Assembly (NCBI RefSeq): GCF_001194135.2
Contig: NC_068992.1
Location: 50,464,452 to 50,528,451 of the forward strand
Direction: 5' to 3'
DNA from: Octopus bimaculoides
Taxonomy: Eukaryota
Length of the DNA stretch: 64,000 nt
In this document: positions 52,561-64,000 of the stretch, piece by piece
Numbering within the stretch: the first letter of the stretch is position 1
How the letters are laid out: the number at the start of each line of letters is the position of its first letter
Program-made: the position numbers and the translations under genes
Notes under the pieces: model-generated
What the model was told of the DNA's origin: nothing
What the model saw: the letters and a program-made list of their open reading frames with translations, nothing else
Databases searched by the model: none

Positions 52561-52899
52561 GGAGATAAAAGCAAGGTAGAGAAGAAGATTATTAGATTTA
52601 CAGCCACTGATATCTTTTGCTTTCACTAAGCATTATAGAGAACTAAGCATTGGAAAGATATTGAGAAGAATTTACAGTTAACTAGATCTTTAAAAATATG
52701 AACAAGCACTTTTGATGTTTAATATTTTCTGTTTGTGGGATATCTATTCGAAGAGGGAACAACACTCACCATATTGCTTTGAAAACTATAAAATCAAAAG
52801 CCAAGTTTGGTCTGTGACATTAGGCTGTATTGATTGATTTATTTCTTAATGTATATTTGTTTGTGTATTCTTATATTTATTCTTAATCTTCATATAATT

Positions 52900-53030
52900 C
52901 ATCATCATCATCACCCTCATCATCGTCGTCGTCGTCATCATAATGATCATCATCTTCATCATCGTCGTCGTCGTCGTCGTCGTCATCATCATCATCATCA
53001 TTACTGTTATTATTATTAATAATATTATTA
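52900..53030. repeat. (CAT)n/(CGT)n/(TAT)n trinucleotide microsatellite
   Basis: Directly visible. Confidence 0.95.
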
Positions 53031-53483
53031 TTGCTTTTTTGTTGTTTTATTTTTGGTTACTTTTACATCTTGAAATAGTTGACTGTTCTGGAATAAATAA
53101 AATGATATAGAGCGGTAATCTGGTCAGAGCAACCTTGCAGCTTGGGCATTACTGGTGTGTAGCGATGTTATACCATTTTAGCTGAACGCTTCATAATTTA
53201 TCACGTTATGATAGAACACACATTATTCATTGTTTCAAATATATTTTTGCACGTATGCATTCACATGTATTGTTGAATGCATGCATTCAGGTGTGTAAGA
53301 GTGTATGCATATTCATAAAATGTATGAATGTATATCTATGAATTTATATAAGTATGTATATATGGATGGCTGGATAAATAGATGCGCATGGATATAAGTG
53401 CATGGTTATATGTAAGCTTGCACCTGTATGGTTAGATTGATAAATATATGTATGGTAATGCGTAAGTATATATGTATATGTTC

Positions 53484-53514
<31 letters not shown>

Positions 53515-53641
53515 CGTGTGTGTATATCTGTGTGTGCGTGTCTGTGTATATATATATATATGTGTGTGTGTGTGCATGTATATGTGTGCGTGTATGAACA
53601 TACACACACAACACAAAAATACATATATGATTGTATGTATG

Positions 53642-53680
<39 letters not shown>

Positions 53681-54033
53681 GGTAGGAGAGCAAGAAAGAC
53701 AGAAGCAGAAATATCCATCAAATTCTCACATTTCATTCTGAGATAAAATAAAATAACCATTTATAACCATTATAGTCACCATTTTAAGCGTATTTTGTAA
53801 CTCTTACACTCCAATATAATTATGTACGTATATAATTATGCATACACTTATGCATATGTACGCATATAGATGTTAAGTATAAAGATATGTGTGTGTGTAT
53901 GTATATGAATATTTGTATGAAAATTTAGGTATATACACACATATATATATATATATGTGTGTATGTGTACGTATGTATGTATTTATGTATATGAATATAT
54001 GTGTGCATATCTATATCTGCACACACACACACA

Positions 54034-54122
<89 letters not shown>

Positions 54123-54564
54123 ATATATACCAATGCTTGCATAACTATACTCTTCTCACGATTTTTATATACGTGTAGATTACCAGTGTTGGCTTCCTCA
54201 GATAATGTTTCACTCCTTAGCCAAGTAATAGTTTAACAATGATGTTCCTATCATAAATTAAATATAAAATGAAGACCTGAACAATGGCAGATTGAAAAAT
54301 AATATTTTCACTGCCGAATCTTGCTGATTTCATAAAATGTGATGATAAATCCCTGTTGCCTCAAGTCAGAGGTTTGCATATAAGAATAGAAAACTGTTCA
54401 ATTCGAAGAAAGATAAAGATCGTATAGTAATAGGAAACGAAATATAATAACAAAACAGTGAGTGTGTTTGTAAACTCACGAAGATTAAATGTCATATAAG
54501 AAATCTGATGGTCGTACAATTGAGTTGTATCGTGGTTTTGTATGTATTCCTCTCATACATTTTT

Positions 54565-55000
54565 CATAGCATCCCCAAGGCCCCAATAATAATTTACACT
54601 ATCTTCACACTTTTCGTCGTCGACAATCGGGTTATCACATCTTTAAGAGGAATGTGTAGGCTAACCTTTTCGCTCCTCTTCTTAACTATTCGTTGGTCAA
54701 ATGGGCATGCAGCATCGCTTATGGAGAGCACGTGGTTAATGTGTCCATCACCACGATGTCCTTCTCGTTGTGCTCAAGGACCTGTTCCATCTACATTGGG
54801 AAATCCCACAGGATTTTACAATTGTTCAACTCAGCCACTCTGAGGTTTGTGTCTGTACAATGTCTTGACTCTATCTAACCGCCACCCCAACTTTTCTCTC
54901 AGTTTCCAATGCAGCACCTTTGTTACCACATTATTATCGCCACATTTATGTTGGTTTTTGTCTAGGCGAGGTTATTCATTCACAATATGGGCAAATTCGG
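54565..55000 (-). mobile_element. R4/Dong-clade RLE-domain relic (old copy)
   Basis: Minus strand with stops and frameshifts: AHIVNE*PRL..VTKVLHWKL..LYRHKPQ/VAELNNCKILWDFPM*MEQVLEHNEKDIVVMD/ISDAACPFDQRIVKK..EKV../IIIGALG. Confidence 0.8.
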
Positions 55001-57019
55001 CAAAATGGAGATACTTGCACATTTCTAAGTTTGTGGCCAAAGATGTATAGTGCACTGCAAGTATAGTCATTCTCGACTTGTCGTGTCGTGTGTCCCTTTC
55101 TTTAATCAATCTCAGGTAAATGTTACGCTTTATACTTTCTGAGTCCGAAGATCGAAAAGATTCAGCTTCAAGTAAATCAGACTCTTCACAAAATTTTGCT
55201 CATGCTTCCAACGTTATATGTTTAAATACAAAAATACATAGATGCTTTCATGCACCCTAATGTACAAGCTGATAGAGCATAACGACGCAGAAACACATAT
55301 CCTTTATAGCTCGGTGGTGGTGTAATTTTCACACTCATTGTCTATGAGGAGATTACTCTCAGTGAGATAAATTTCCGCAGTGAACGTTTTGCCTTTGTTG
55401 AGTTAATAAAAACCATCTAAAATACCACTGTACACAAACACATTTCAATCAATGCTACTTACTGCAGATCTTAATTAATTCCAGCCTCGCAAGTCTATGC
55501 GAACACTAGTAAATTTTTCATTTGATCTTTCATGCTGTAAAAGATGGATTCGTTGTCCATTGATGACGAAGCACAACGACGCCGAACCATACGTGTTATG
55601 GTGGGATAACATAATTCATAGCCCAGTGGTGTGATTGTCACACATATTGCCCGAAATAAGAACACATTTGAGGAGTTTATTTCCGCAGAGCAGAGGTTCA
55701 CGCGTTTGAGTGTGCATGAGCTTGTTAAATACAATTGTACAAAGCTATGTTATGTAGATATACACTCATATGCACACATGTACAAACACATGTGCACAGA
55801 AGTGTATATAATTAAACTTTCTAACGTTTGGTGAACTATTTACAACAAAGTTTGACGATAATGTTTGTCAGATCTAGACATCTTAACACATGTTATATTG
55901 GACAGATAAAATGTATATGTGATTATTAACACGGATTATGTAAGCTTGCTATTTTCTACAAAACTGTGGGCCATCAAATGTTACAATGGAATTAGTGCAT
56001 CTTGAAATCTTACATGCAGATAATTACCTACACAGGTGCATTAACCCCCGAAAAAGATATATATTTATACGTATATAAATGCATACATCANNNNNNNNNN
56101 NNNNNNNNNNNNNNNNNNNNNNNNNNNNNNNNNNNNNNNNNNNNNNNNNNNNNNNNNNNNNNNNNNNNNNNNNNNNNNNNNNNNNNNNNNNNNNNNNNNN
56201 NNNNNNNNNNNNNNNNNNNNNNNNNNNNNNNNNNNNNNNNNNNNNNNNNNNNNNNNNNNNNNNNNNNNNNNNNNNNNNNNNNNNNNNNNNNNNNNNNNNN
56301 NNNNNNNNNNNNNNNNNNNNNNNNNNNNNNNNNNNNNNNNNNNNNNNNNNNNNNNNNNNNNNNNNNNNNNNNNNNNNNNNNNNNNNNNNNNNNNNNNNNN
56401 NNNNNNNNNNNNNNNNNNNNNNNNNNNNNNNNNNNNNNNNNNNNNNNNNNNNNNNNNNNNNNNNNNNNNNNNNNNNNNNNNNNNNNNNNNNNNNNNNNNN
56501 NNNNNNNNNNNNNNNNNNTATATATATATATATGCACATACATACATACACATACATACACATACATACATACACATACATACATGCACATACATACACA
56601 TACACATAATGATTAAGATGTTTCACACTAGCAAACGTAAATATGGAAGGCATATGAAGTATATGCACAGAATATTTTCTTTTGCGAAAACAGAAAGACA
56701 AGATGTACATCTTTAGTTAAGCAAATTAAGACGGAAAAACAACGGAGAAGTGCTACACAAATACAAATCCATATAACAGGACATAACAACGAATTAAATT
56801 AAGCTGGCGCGTGTAAAAGTGAAACCTTATGGCAGGGACATAAGAGATAACAGGCATGGGGAGGAATATAGATGTTGCACAGACAGTAGTCGAACCAAGA
56901 AATAATGATTAGGCTTGGCCGAACACCGGTCACATGGGGAGGGAGAAGAGATATAGGGGGCAGAGGGAGAGGAGATTTAGGGAGGGACTAGAAAAAAGGG
57001 AGAAAGTGAAATATATATA

Positions 57020-57173
57020 CGGCGGGTATCTTTCAGTTTCTGTATACCAAATCCACTCACAAGGCTCTGTTCGGCCCGAGGCTATAGTGGAAGACACTTG
57101 CCCAAGGTACCACACAGTAGGACTGTACCCGGAACCATGTGGTTGGGAAGCAAGCTTCTTACCACACAGCCAC
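57020..57173 (-). mobile_element. SINE family A tRNA-derived head
   Basis: Closely matches 24752-24904 (ctttcagtttctg..taccaaatccactc...gaagacacttgcccaagg...cttaccacacagccac). Confidence 0.9.
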
Positions 57174-57509
57174 ATATACACTCATATATATGTACATTAT
57201 ATATATATGTACATATACATACATACATATATATATATATACATATATATATAAGANNNNNNNNNNNNNNNNNNNNNNNNNNNNNNNNNNNNNNNNNNNN
57301 NNNNNNNNNNNNNNNNNNNNNNNNNNNNNNNNNNNNNNNNNNNNNNNNNNNNNNNNNNNNNNNNNNNNNNNNNNNNNNNNNNNNNNNNNNNNNNNNNNNN
57401 NNNNNNNNNNNNNNNNNNNNNNNNNNNNNNNNNNNNNNNNNNNNNNNNNNNNNNNNNNNNNNNNNNNNNNNNNNNNNNNNNNNNNNNNNNNNNNNNNNNN
57501 NNNNNNNNN

Positions 57510-57543
<34 letters not shown>

Positions 57544-57834
57544 CATATATATTATGTCTGCTTATTTATATATGTGTGTACGCGTATGTGCCTGTGTATG
57601 GTGTATGTTTGAGTGTGTGTGTGTGTGTGAGTGTTTGTGTGCGCGTTTAGGTGGTGTGTGTTTACATGCAGCTGAAGAAAACTTCTGAGATTCTTGACAC
57701 TTGAGGCAATGTCTGATATTCTGCAAGTAGACACCAATGATTTCTCAAGATTACTTTGCTAAAATGTTGATCATAACAATAAGGAATGCTTGGTGTTCTG
57801 GCGGTGGTTTGCGTTCAGCACTAATAGTTCTGCA

Positions 57835-58180
57835 TGTTGCTGGTGTCGTTGTTGCTTTTCTTGTTGTTGTTGTTGTTGTTGTGTTGCTGTTGGTGGTGAT
57901 AATTTCGATGATAACAGTGATAATGAACGTAGTGATATTAAGTGATGATATTGGTATTGCTGCTGGCCTTGATTTTAATGAGGAATGGTAACAGTAGTGA
58001 TGGTGGGGGCGTTGGTATTGGTAGCGATGTCGTTGGTGTATGCGGTGATGGCGGCGAAGCTGTCAATGCTTGTAGTAGTTTGTGAATGATATTCTTGGTA
58101 TTTGCAGCTTTGATTGTTGATGCCGGATGCAATTATGGTGGTTGTGGGAACGATGCTGATCTAAACGATAGTAGTGTCAA
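57835..58180. repeat. Degenerate (GTT/GGT/GAT)n low-complexity tract
   Basis: Directly visible. Confidence 0.8.
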
Positions 58181-58216
58181 TTAATTAATTAATCAATTTA
58201 ATTATTTTTTGCTGCT

Positions 58217-58385
58217 GCTTAGCCGGATTTCGTCTGTCTTTACGTTCTAAATTCAAATTCCGCCTACGTCGACTTCGTCTTTTAACCTTTCGGGGTCGAT
58301 AAAATAAGTACCAGTGGAGAAGTGGAGTCGATGTAATCAACTGACTCCCGCTCCCTAAATTGCTGGCCTTGTGCCAAAATAGAAT
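58217..58385 (+). mobile_element. SINE family B
   Basis: atttcgtctgtctttacgttctaaattcaaattccgcc..gtcgac...ctttcggggtcgataaaataagtaccag...aaattgctggccttgtgccaaaat. Confidence 0.9.
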
Positions 58386-59761
58386 TGGTTTCAATGATGG
58401 TGCTGTTGATATGGAACTGAAATGAAAACTGGCTGTTGTGATGACGCTGATGTTACTCTCAGCTGTAGGATTTGTTGTGCGGGATATTTTGGTGATGACA
58501 ACCGGGCCAATGATAAATGTTTTATTACTGAACTGAAGGTAGAAATAGTTGTTATATTAAAAGAACAAACAGGATTCGTCATACTCACAAACGCGCGCGC
58601 ACGTATATATATGTGGTGTGTGTATCTATCGATTTATCTATTTATCTATTTATCTATTACGTATATACATATGTGTGTATGCATGGTTCTCTTCCTCTTC
58701 TGTTTTCCTTCACTTGTTTCCCCGCTCACAGATACTCGCTTCAATACCACTGAGCCATTGCGCCTCCACATATGTATACATGTCTGAGAGCGTAAATATG
58801 TGTGTATACCATAATTTTAAGGATCAGGAATAATTTCCAGCTAAACAGCAGCAGCAGCAAAAAAAAAACACACAACAACATTCCAATAACAATAAAAAAA
58901 CAACAATACATTTTAAATACTTGTCCGAGGTCCAAGCGGCAGCCGATCTGACAGAACTATAACCCATAACTTACCAAAATACCTATTGTGTCTTTTGAAG
59001 CCAATCAAGAATTCTAGAGATTTTAGGACATTGACATTATCTCATATACTCTTTCGATTGTACGATAGGTATATGAGGGTAAATTCTTTTATAATTTCGA
59101 GCTGGTGGAGCAACCCCATGGTTTTACCCTCAGACACTCACAATGATCAATGAATTTGCATTTCTTTGCGCGTTCTATATGAGTTGGTAAAACGGCATAG
59201 CACTAGAATTGCTATTACTTCGCATCTATCTACAATGTATGCTGCTCCTGTTTTATATAAATGAAACCAATAAATAGACATTTGCTATTTCGTTTTATTT
59301 ATATAACCAATACTTATATATTCTTGATAACTTAGAGAATTTTATAAGAATTGAAGAAGTTTTATTTATTTAACTATTATTAGTATCGTTGTTGTTGCTA
59401 TTATTATTATTAGTGGTGGTCGTGGTAGCTGTAGTAGTAGTAGTAGTAGTAATAGTAGTAGTAGTAGGAATAGTAGTAATAGTGGTGGTATTAACACTGA
59501 TCTCAGATTTCGTGAAGCTTAGACGGTATTATAACGTTAAAATCTTCGAAATCCGAAGAAAACGGCGATGGAAAACGTCGCCAGACGGTATTAGACAGCG
59601 AGACAGTTGTAGCCAGCAGGGAGATCATTAACTGTTTGTATTCACTGACAGTTACTCCACCTTGATGAGTATTGTAAATCCATACATGTATGTGTGTGTG
59701 TATGAGTGTGTGTATGTGTATGTGCGAATACATTGCACATCTATATATTTATTAATCTATA

Positions 59762-59824
<63 letters not shown>

Positions 59825-59933
59825 GTATGTATATGTGTGTGCATATGCGTGTGTATACTTATATATCTATATGTGTGTGTGTGAGTGTATAGAAATATAC
59901 ACATACACACACATTTTTATGCGCACATATAAT

Positions 59934-60260
59934 ACAGGAGTGAGTCAAACGTCGTTTTAAATGTAAATATAAACTAAAAAAACGTCAGAGGTCAACTGAG
60001 GTCTGGTGAGTATTTGAATGTATTTAACTTCACCTTACCATCTTATTTTTTCCTCGGTCTTCCTCCCTTCTCAACCTCCTCTCCGCCGCTTTCATGAAAC
60101 CTACGCTTATTGCTCCAATTAACCGCCTCTACCCCAGTGTACTGTTGATTGGTATATTTCAAGGATTTTAGAATATTTCCTACTATCGCATTCCCCATTA
60201 TAATGCGAACTTCCAAGGTTATTCCAGAAGAATGAGCAAGGTGTGCACAAAAAACTAGAG
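59934..60260 (-). mobile_element. Tc1/mariner relic, N-terminal HTH fragment with one TIR-like end
   Basis: Minus strand KILEIYQSTVH...RRFHESGGEEVEKGGRPRKK (GRPR motif); TA|caggagtgagtcaaa at 59934 resembles a TIR. Confidence 0.55.
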
Positions 60261-60544
60261 AAGAGCATCATCATATTTTGGCATTTATAAAATGATAAAG
60301 ATTTCTATCTCCTTTCAAAATGATATGTCTATAAAATGTAAAAAACATCACTGTGTGTACATCTAAAGATATCTCGAATAAGGCAACAATGATAGTACTA
60401 GATGCTGAAGGATGTTGTCCATCGACATGTCCACGCCCCCCCCCCCCCAAAAAAAAACACACACACATACACGAGTGCGCGCACACAAAGAGATACACAA
60501 TATACACATAAAATAAACGAGTAAAAAAAACTCACTTCAGTTAC

Positions 60545-60858
60545 GAATGACCGTAGGATTGCACCTAGAAATTTCCCGTTCGAGTCACAAATACGGACGT
60601 GGATGTTTTGTGGAAGACCTATCGGCCATACATACCAGGCTCCCTTCTTCGCACCATAGATGTTGTTCGAGGAAAAAGTAAAGACGGGTACGGCTTGGCG
60701 CCAGTGGCATCGTACCTTATTTCGACAGTTGAGTGAACAGGAGCAACATGAAATAAAGGAGTTTGCTCAGGAACACAACACGTAGCTCAGTCAGGGAATC
60801 GTTTTCACAACATCACGGTTTATTCCCGACGCTCTAATCACTGGGCTGTGCGTCTTGT
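60545..60858 (-). mobile_element. tRNA-derived SINE, family C (near full length)
   Basis: Minus-strand head gcacagcccagtgattagagcgtcgg...gattccctgac, followed by a gtgttgtgttcctgagcaa central block of the type found in conserved SINE domains. A short related head fragment lies at about 58745-58770. Confidence 0.7.
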
Positions 60859-61750
60859 ATCGGCCTTTGCCTTTTCCTTGGACAACATCCGTGGTGTGAA
60901 GAGGGGAAACTGGTATACAAGGGCAACAGCGGGTTTTTCACAAAACAAAATTTTGTATGTGTTTGTTTTTGCATTTGTGTGTGTTGTTTGCGTATGTGTG
61001 TGTTGTTTGCGTATGTGTGTATATAAGTGTGTGCATATATATATATATANNNNNNNNNNNNNNNNNNNNNNNNNNNNNNNNNNNNNNNNNNNNNNNNNNN
61101 NNNNNNNNNNNNNNNNNNNNNNNNNNNNNNNNNNNNNNNNNNNNNNNNNNNNNNNNNNNNNNNNNNNNNNNNNNNNNNNNNNNNNNNNNNNNNNNNNNNN
61201 NNNNNNNNNNNNNNNNNNNNNNNNNNNNNNNNNNNNNNNNNNNNNNNNNNNNNNNNNNNNNNNNNNNNNNNNNNNNNNNNNNNNNNNNNNNNNNNNNNNN
61301 NNNNNNNNNNNNNNNNNNNNNNNNNNNNNNNNNNNNNNNNNNNNNNNNNNNNNNNNNNNNNNNNNNNNNNNNNNNNNNNNNNNNNNNNNNNNNNNNNNNN
61401 NNNNNNNNNNNNNNNNNNNNNNNNNNNNNNNNNNNNNNNNNNNNNNNNNNNNNNNNNNNNNNNNNNNNNGAGAGAGAGAGAGAGAAAGAGTGAGAGATTG
61501 TGGATGGTCTTCTAATTATAATTATTAGCTTTCATTCTTATTAATATTATTATTATTTTGACCATCTTTGAATTTTAGTGTAGGACATGATGTCTCCAAT
61601 TAATCGTATGAAACATTTATCACTAAAGAAGAGAATGATTCCTTCATTTCATTAGAAATATAAGGTTTTTCAGGAGCATCAAGAAGAATATGAATAAAGA
61701 AGATTGGACAGTCCATTAACCGTCATACACAGGATTCGTAGAATTATATA

Positions 61751-61830
61751 ACATTCACAAAATTACATACCATTCATTGAATTCCATAACATTCAGAGAA
61801 TTACAAACCATTCATTGATTCTTTCATATT
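61751..61830. repeat. Roughly 38-bp tandem duplication
   Basis: acattcacaaaattacataccattcattgaattc vs acattcagagaattacaaaccattcattgattc. Confidence 0.75.
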
Positions 61831-62789
61831 ATTCATTGAAAATTGTCAGCAGAAACTGGTTCCAACAGGAAATAATCTCTGTGCTCAAAATCTAAGATAA
61901 GGCTCTCGAATCAGTTCCCTAGTGACAGGAAGACAATGCTAACTCCGTTCAGAATACAATTATCTTGAAGATATAGAAGAATACAATGAATCTAGTTATA
62001 ACTGTAGAATATCGTTGAAACTATCCAGTATGACTGAAAAACAAATATGGTGGAGAAAGAGGAAGTGAATGAGTGAGAAATAGATTGAAAGGGAGAAGGA
62101 ATGAAAAAGAGTAAGAGTGAGACCCTTTTGAAATGTACAAAGGAAAGTAAAATAGATTCTTTTAAAGTGTTACTTCTTATATCAATGAAAACTTTTCTAT
62201 CCTTTCTTCTTAGATCATCATCATCATCATAGAAGCTGTCTGAGAAAATCAAATCTAGTACTGAGGACAGGTGACTTTTGAATGGTGATATAACTGTGTC
62301 CGTGTATAAACATCAGCGAATTCCTTCGACAACTCATTCGCTCAAATGAAAACGTGCTTGTATATTAATAAAGTAGAGTATCTTACAAAAGTATTTTGTA
62401 TCCTTTATCAAACCGCCTGTTTATTATTGACTGTCAATATATCAACATTAAAGTCGGCTTTAGCACATTTGATATACAATATAATAGGTTAATATTTCCC
62501 CGTTTGGATGAAAATAACAATGTGACATTTTTCCTCAAATTATGCAAAAATACTCAAAACTATTTTCTGAGATCGTGAGACAAAGTGTTCCGTTTAGACT
62601 TGGTAAATTCTAGGCAGAAATCTAACTCCTCCTTCATAGCATATCATTATATCAAAAAATAGCATGAAAAAATTTAAAAGAAAAACATGTTATATTTTAT
62701 TGTGAAATTGAAACTCATGGAAAAAATTTGCATGTTTGCAAAAAAAAAAAGACCCCAAAAAAACAAAAAATCTCACTCCAAATGAAATA

Positions 62790-63006
62790 CAGTAATCTGT
62801 CAACTATCACGGGTGTTACGTTACAAAACTACCGCGATAGGTTAAAATCCGCGAAGTAGAAACAGTACTGTACTGTATTGTTTCTATTCTTTTTATAATT
62901 TGCATGTTTATTTTATTATAAATGCAAAACAACACCATTGGGTAATCGACATAGGCTCAGGTAATAAACCACGATAGGTGAACCGTGCTATGCCGAAGGA
63001 TTACTC
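62790..63006. mobile_element. pogo/Tigger-like MITE (about 217 bp) with TA target duplication
   Basis: TA|cagtaatctgtcaactatcacgg ... ccgtgctatgccgaaggattactc|TA: imperfect terminal inverted repeats beginning CAGTA. Confidence 0.7.
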
Positions 63007-63396
63007 TAACTGAAATTTCCATTTATCTACGAAGATGTAGATGGTAATATCTTCACGATTGGTCGACAAATGTGTCGAAAAGGCAAGTTATACATTTTCA
63101 TTTTCACCACGATCACAACGGCATCTACACTTTGATAAAAACGAGCTATAGAAGTATTCTCAGTTTAGCTTTTGTAATAAATACTCTAGAATGCTGCTTC
63201 ATTAACCAACCTATCAGAAATTTTATTCTGTGATATGAACTCTGCAACTATCTGTATGTGCTGAGATGTATAAATATACACTTCGCGTTTTGAAAAAATT
63301 ACCATCCTGCATTTTGAGTCTGCCAGAGATCATAACTATAATACTACGCTTTTTTTTTCTACTTGTAATTGTATATTATTTATTTATGTGTTTCAG

Positions 63397-63632
63397 CCAA
63401 GTGGCTGCGGTCATGCTGGTGCACCACCGTGATTGTATATTTTTTATCTTTTACATGTTTCAGTCACATTAAATTGCAGCCATGAAGAATTTTTAGTTTA
63501 CAGAATCGACCCCAATACATATTTTTGTTAAATCTGGTACTTATTCTATCGGTCTCTTTTGCCAAACCGCTAAGCTACGGAGACAGACACATACCAACAC
63601 CGGTTCTCAAGCGGTACTGGGGGACAAACAGT
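63397..63632 (-). mobile_element. SINE family A tail (head probably beyond the window end)
   Basis: gctgcggtcatgctggtgcaccaccg ... tacttattctatcggtctcttttgccaaaccgctaag...gggggacaaac, followed by microsatellite to the window end. Confidence 0.85.
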
Positions 63633-63744
63633 GACACAAAATACATGCATATGTGTGTATGTTTATATACATATATATGTGTGTGTGTATACATATAGAG
63701 TTACATGCGTATGTATGCATATACGTATATGTATGTGTGTGTTT

Positions 63745-63810
<66 letters not shown>

Positions 63811-64000
63811 TTTACATACTTACGTACATACATATTTACATATGAACATACATGCACAAACACACACACATATATGCATATAAATACACGCAGACATATG
63901 TGCATTTACATACTTACGTACAAACTTACACACGAACATACATACACATACACACACACATAAATGCATATAAATACACGGAAACATATGTGCATACACA

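Noticed and set aside
1868-61528. Long ORFs in the track containing X runs or YI/CV/HT/LS dipeptide repeats
   Set aside because: They are translations of N gaps and di- or tetranucleotide microsatellites, not genes.

Overview
Eukaryotic, AT-rich, repeat-dominated genomic DNA with many assembly gaps (N runs), most flanked by (TA)n/(CA)n tracts. Microsatellite density and the SINE families resemble what I recall of Octopus (coleoid cephalopod) genomes; that assignment is inference. I found no confidently identifiable host gene, rRNA, true tRNA or CRISPR array. Nearly all long ORFs in the supplied track are artefacts of microsatellites or N gaps. Supported content: (i) at least three tRNA-derived SINE families, one with a microsatellite in its middle; (ii) decayed non-LTR retrotransposons (R4/Dong-type RLE, Tx1/L1-type APE, RTE-type RT); (iii) Penelope-like element relics, with minimal hammerhead-ribozyme motifs at six positions, one with an intact catalytic core at 36550-36617; (iv) Tc1/mariner/pogo DNA transposon relics and a MITE; (v) mini- and microsatellites, several self-complementary; (vi) unexplained coding-like relics, including a decayed 99-bp (33-codon) repeat with YxN/SPPL motifs and an unidentified relic near 51.6-52.6 kb.
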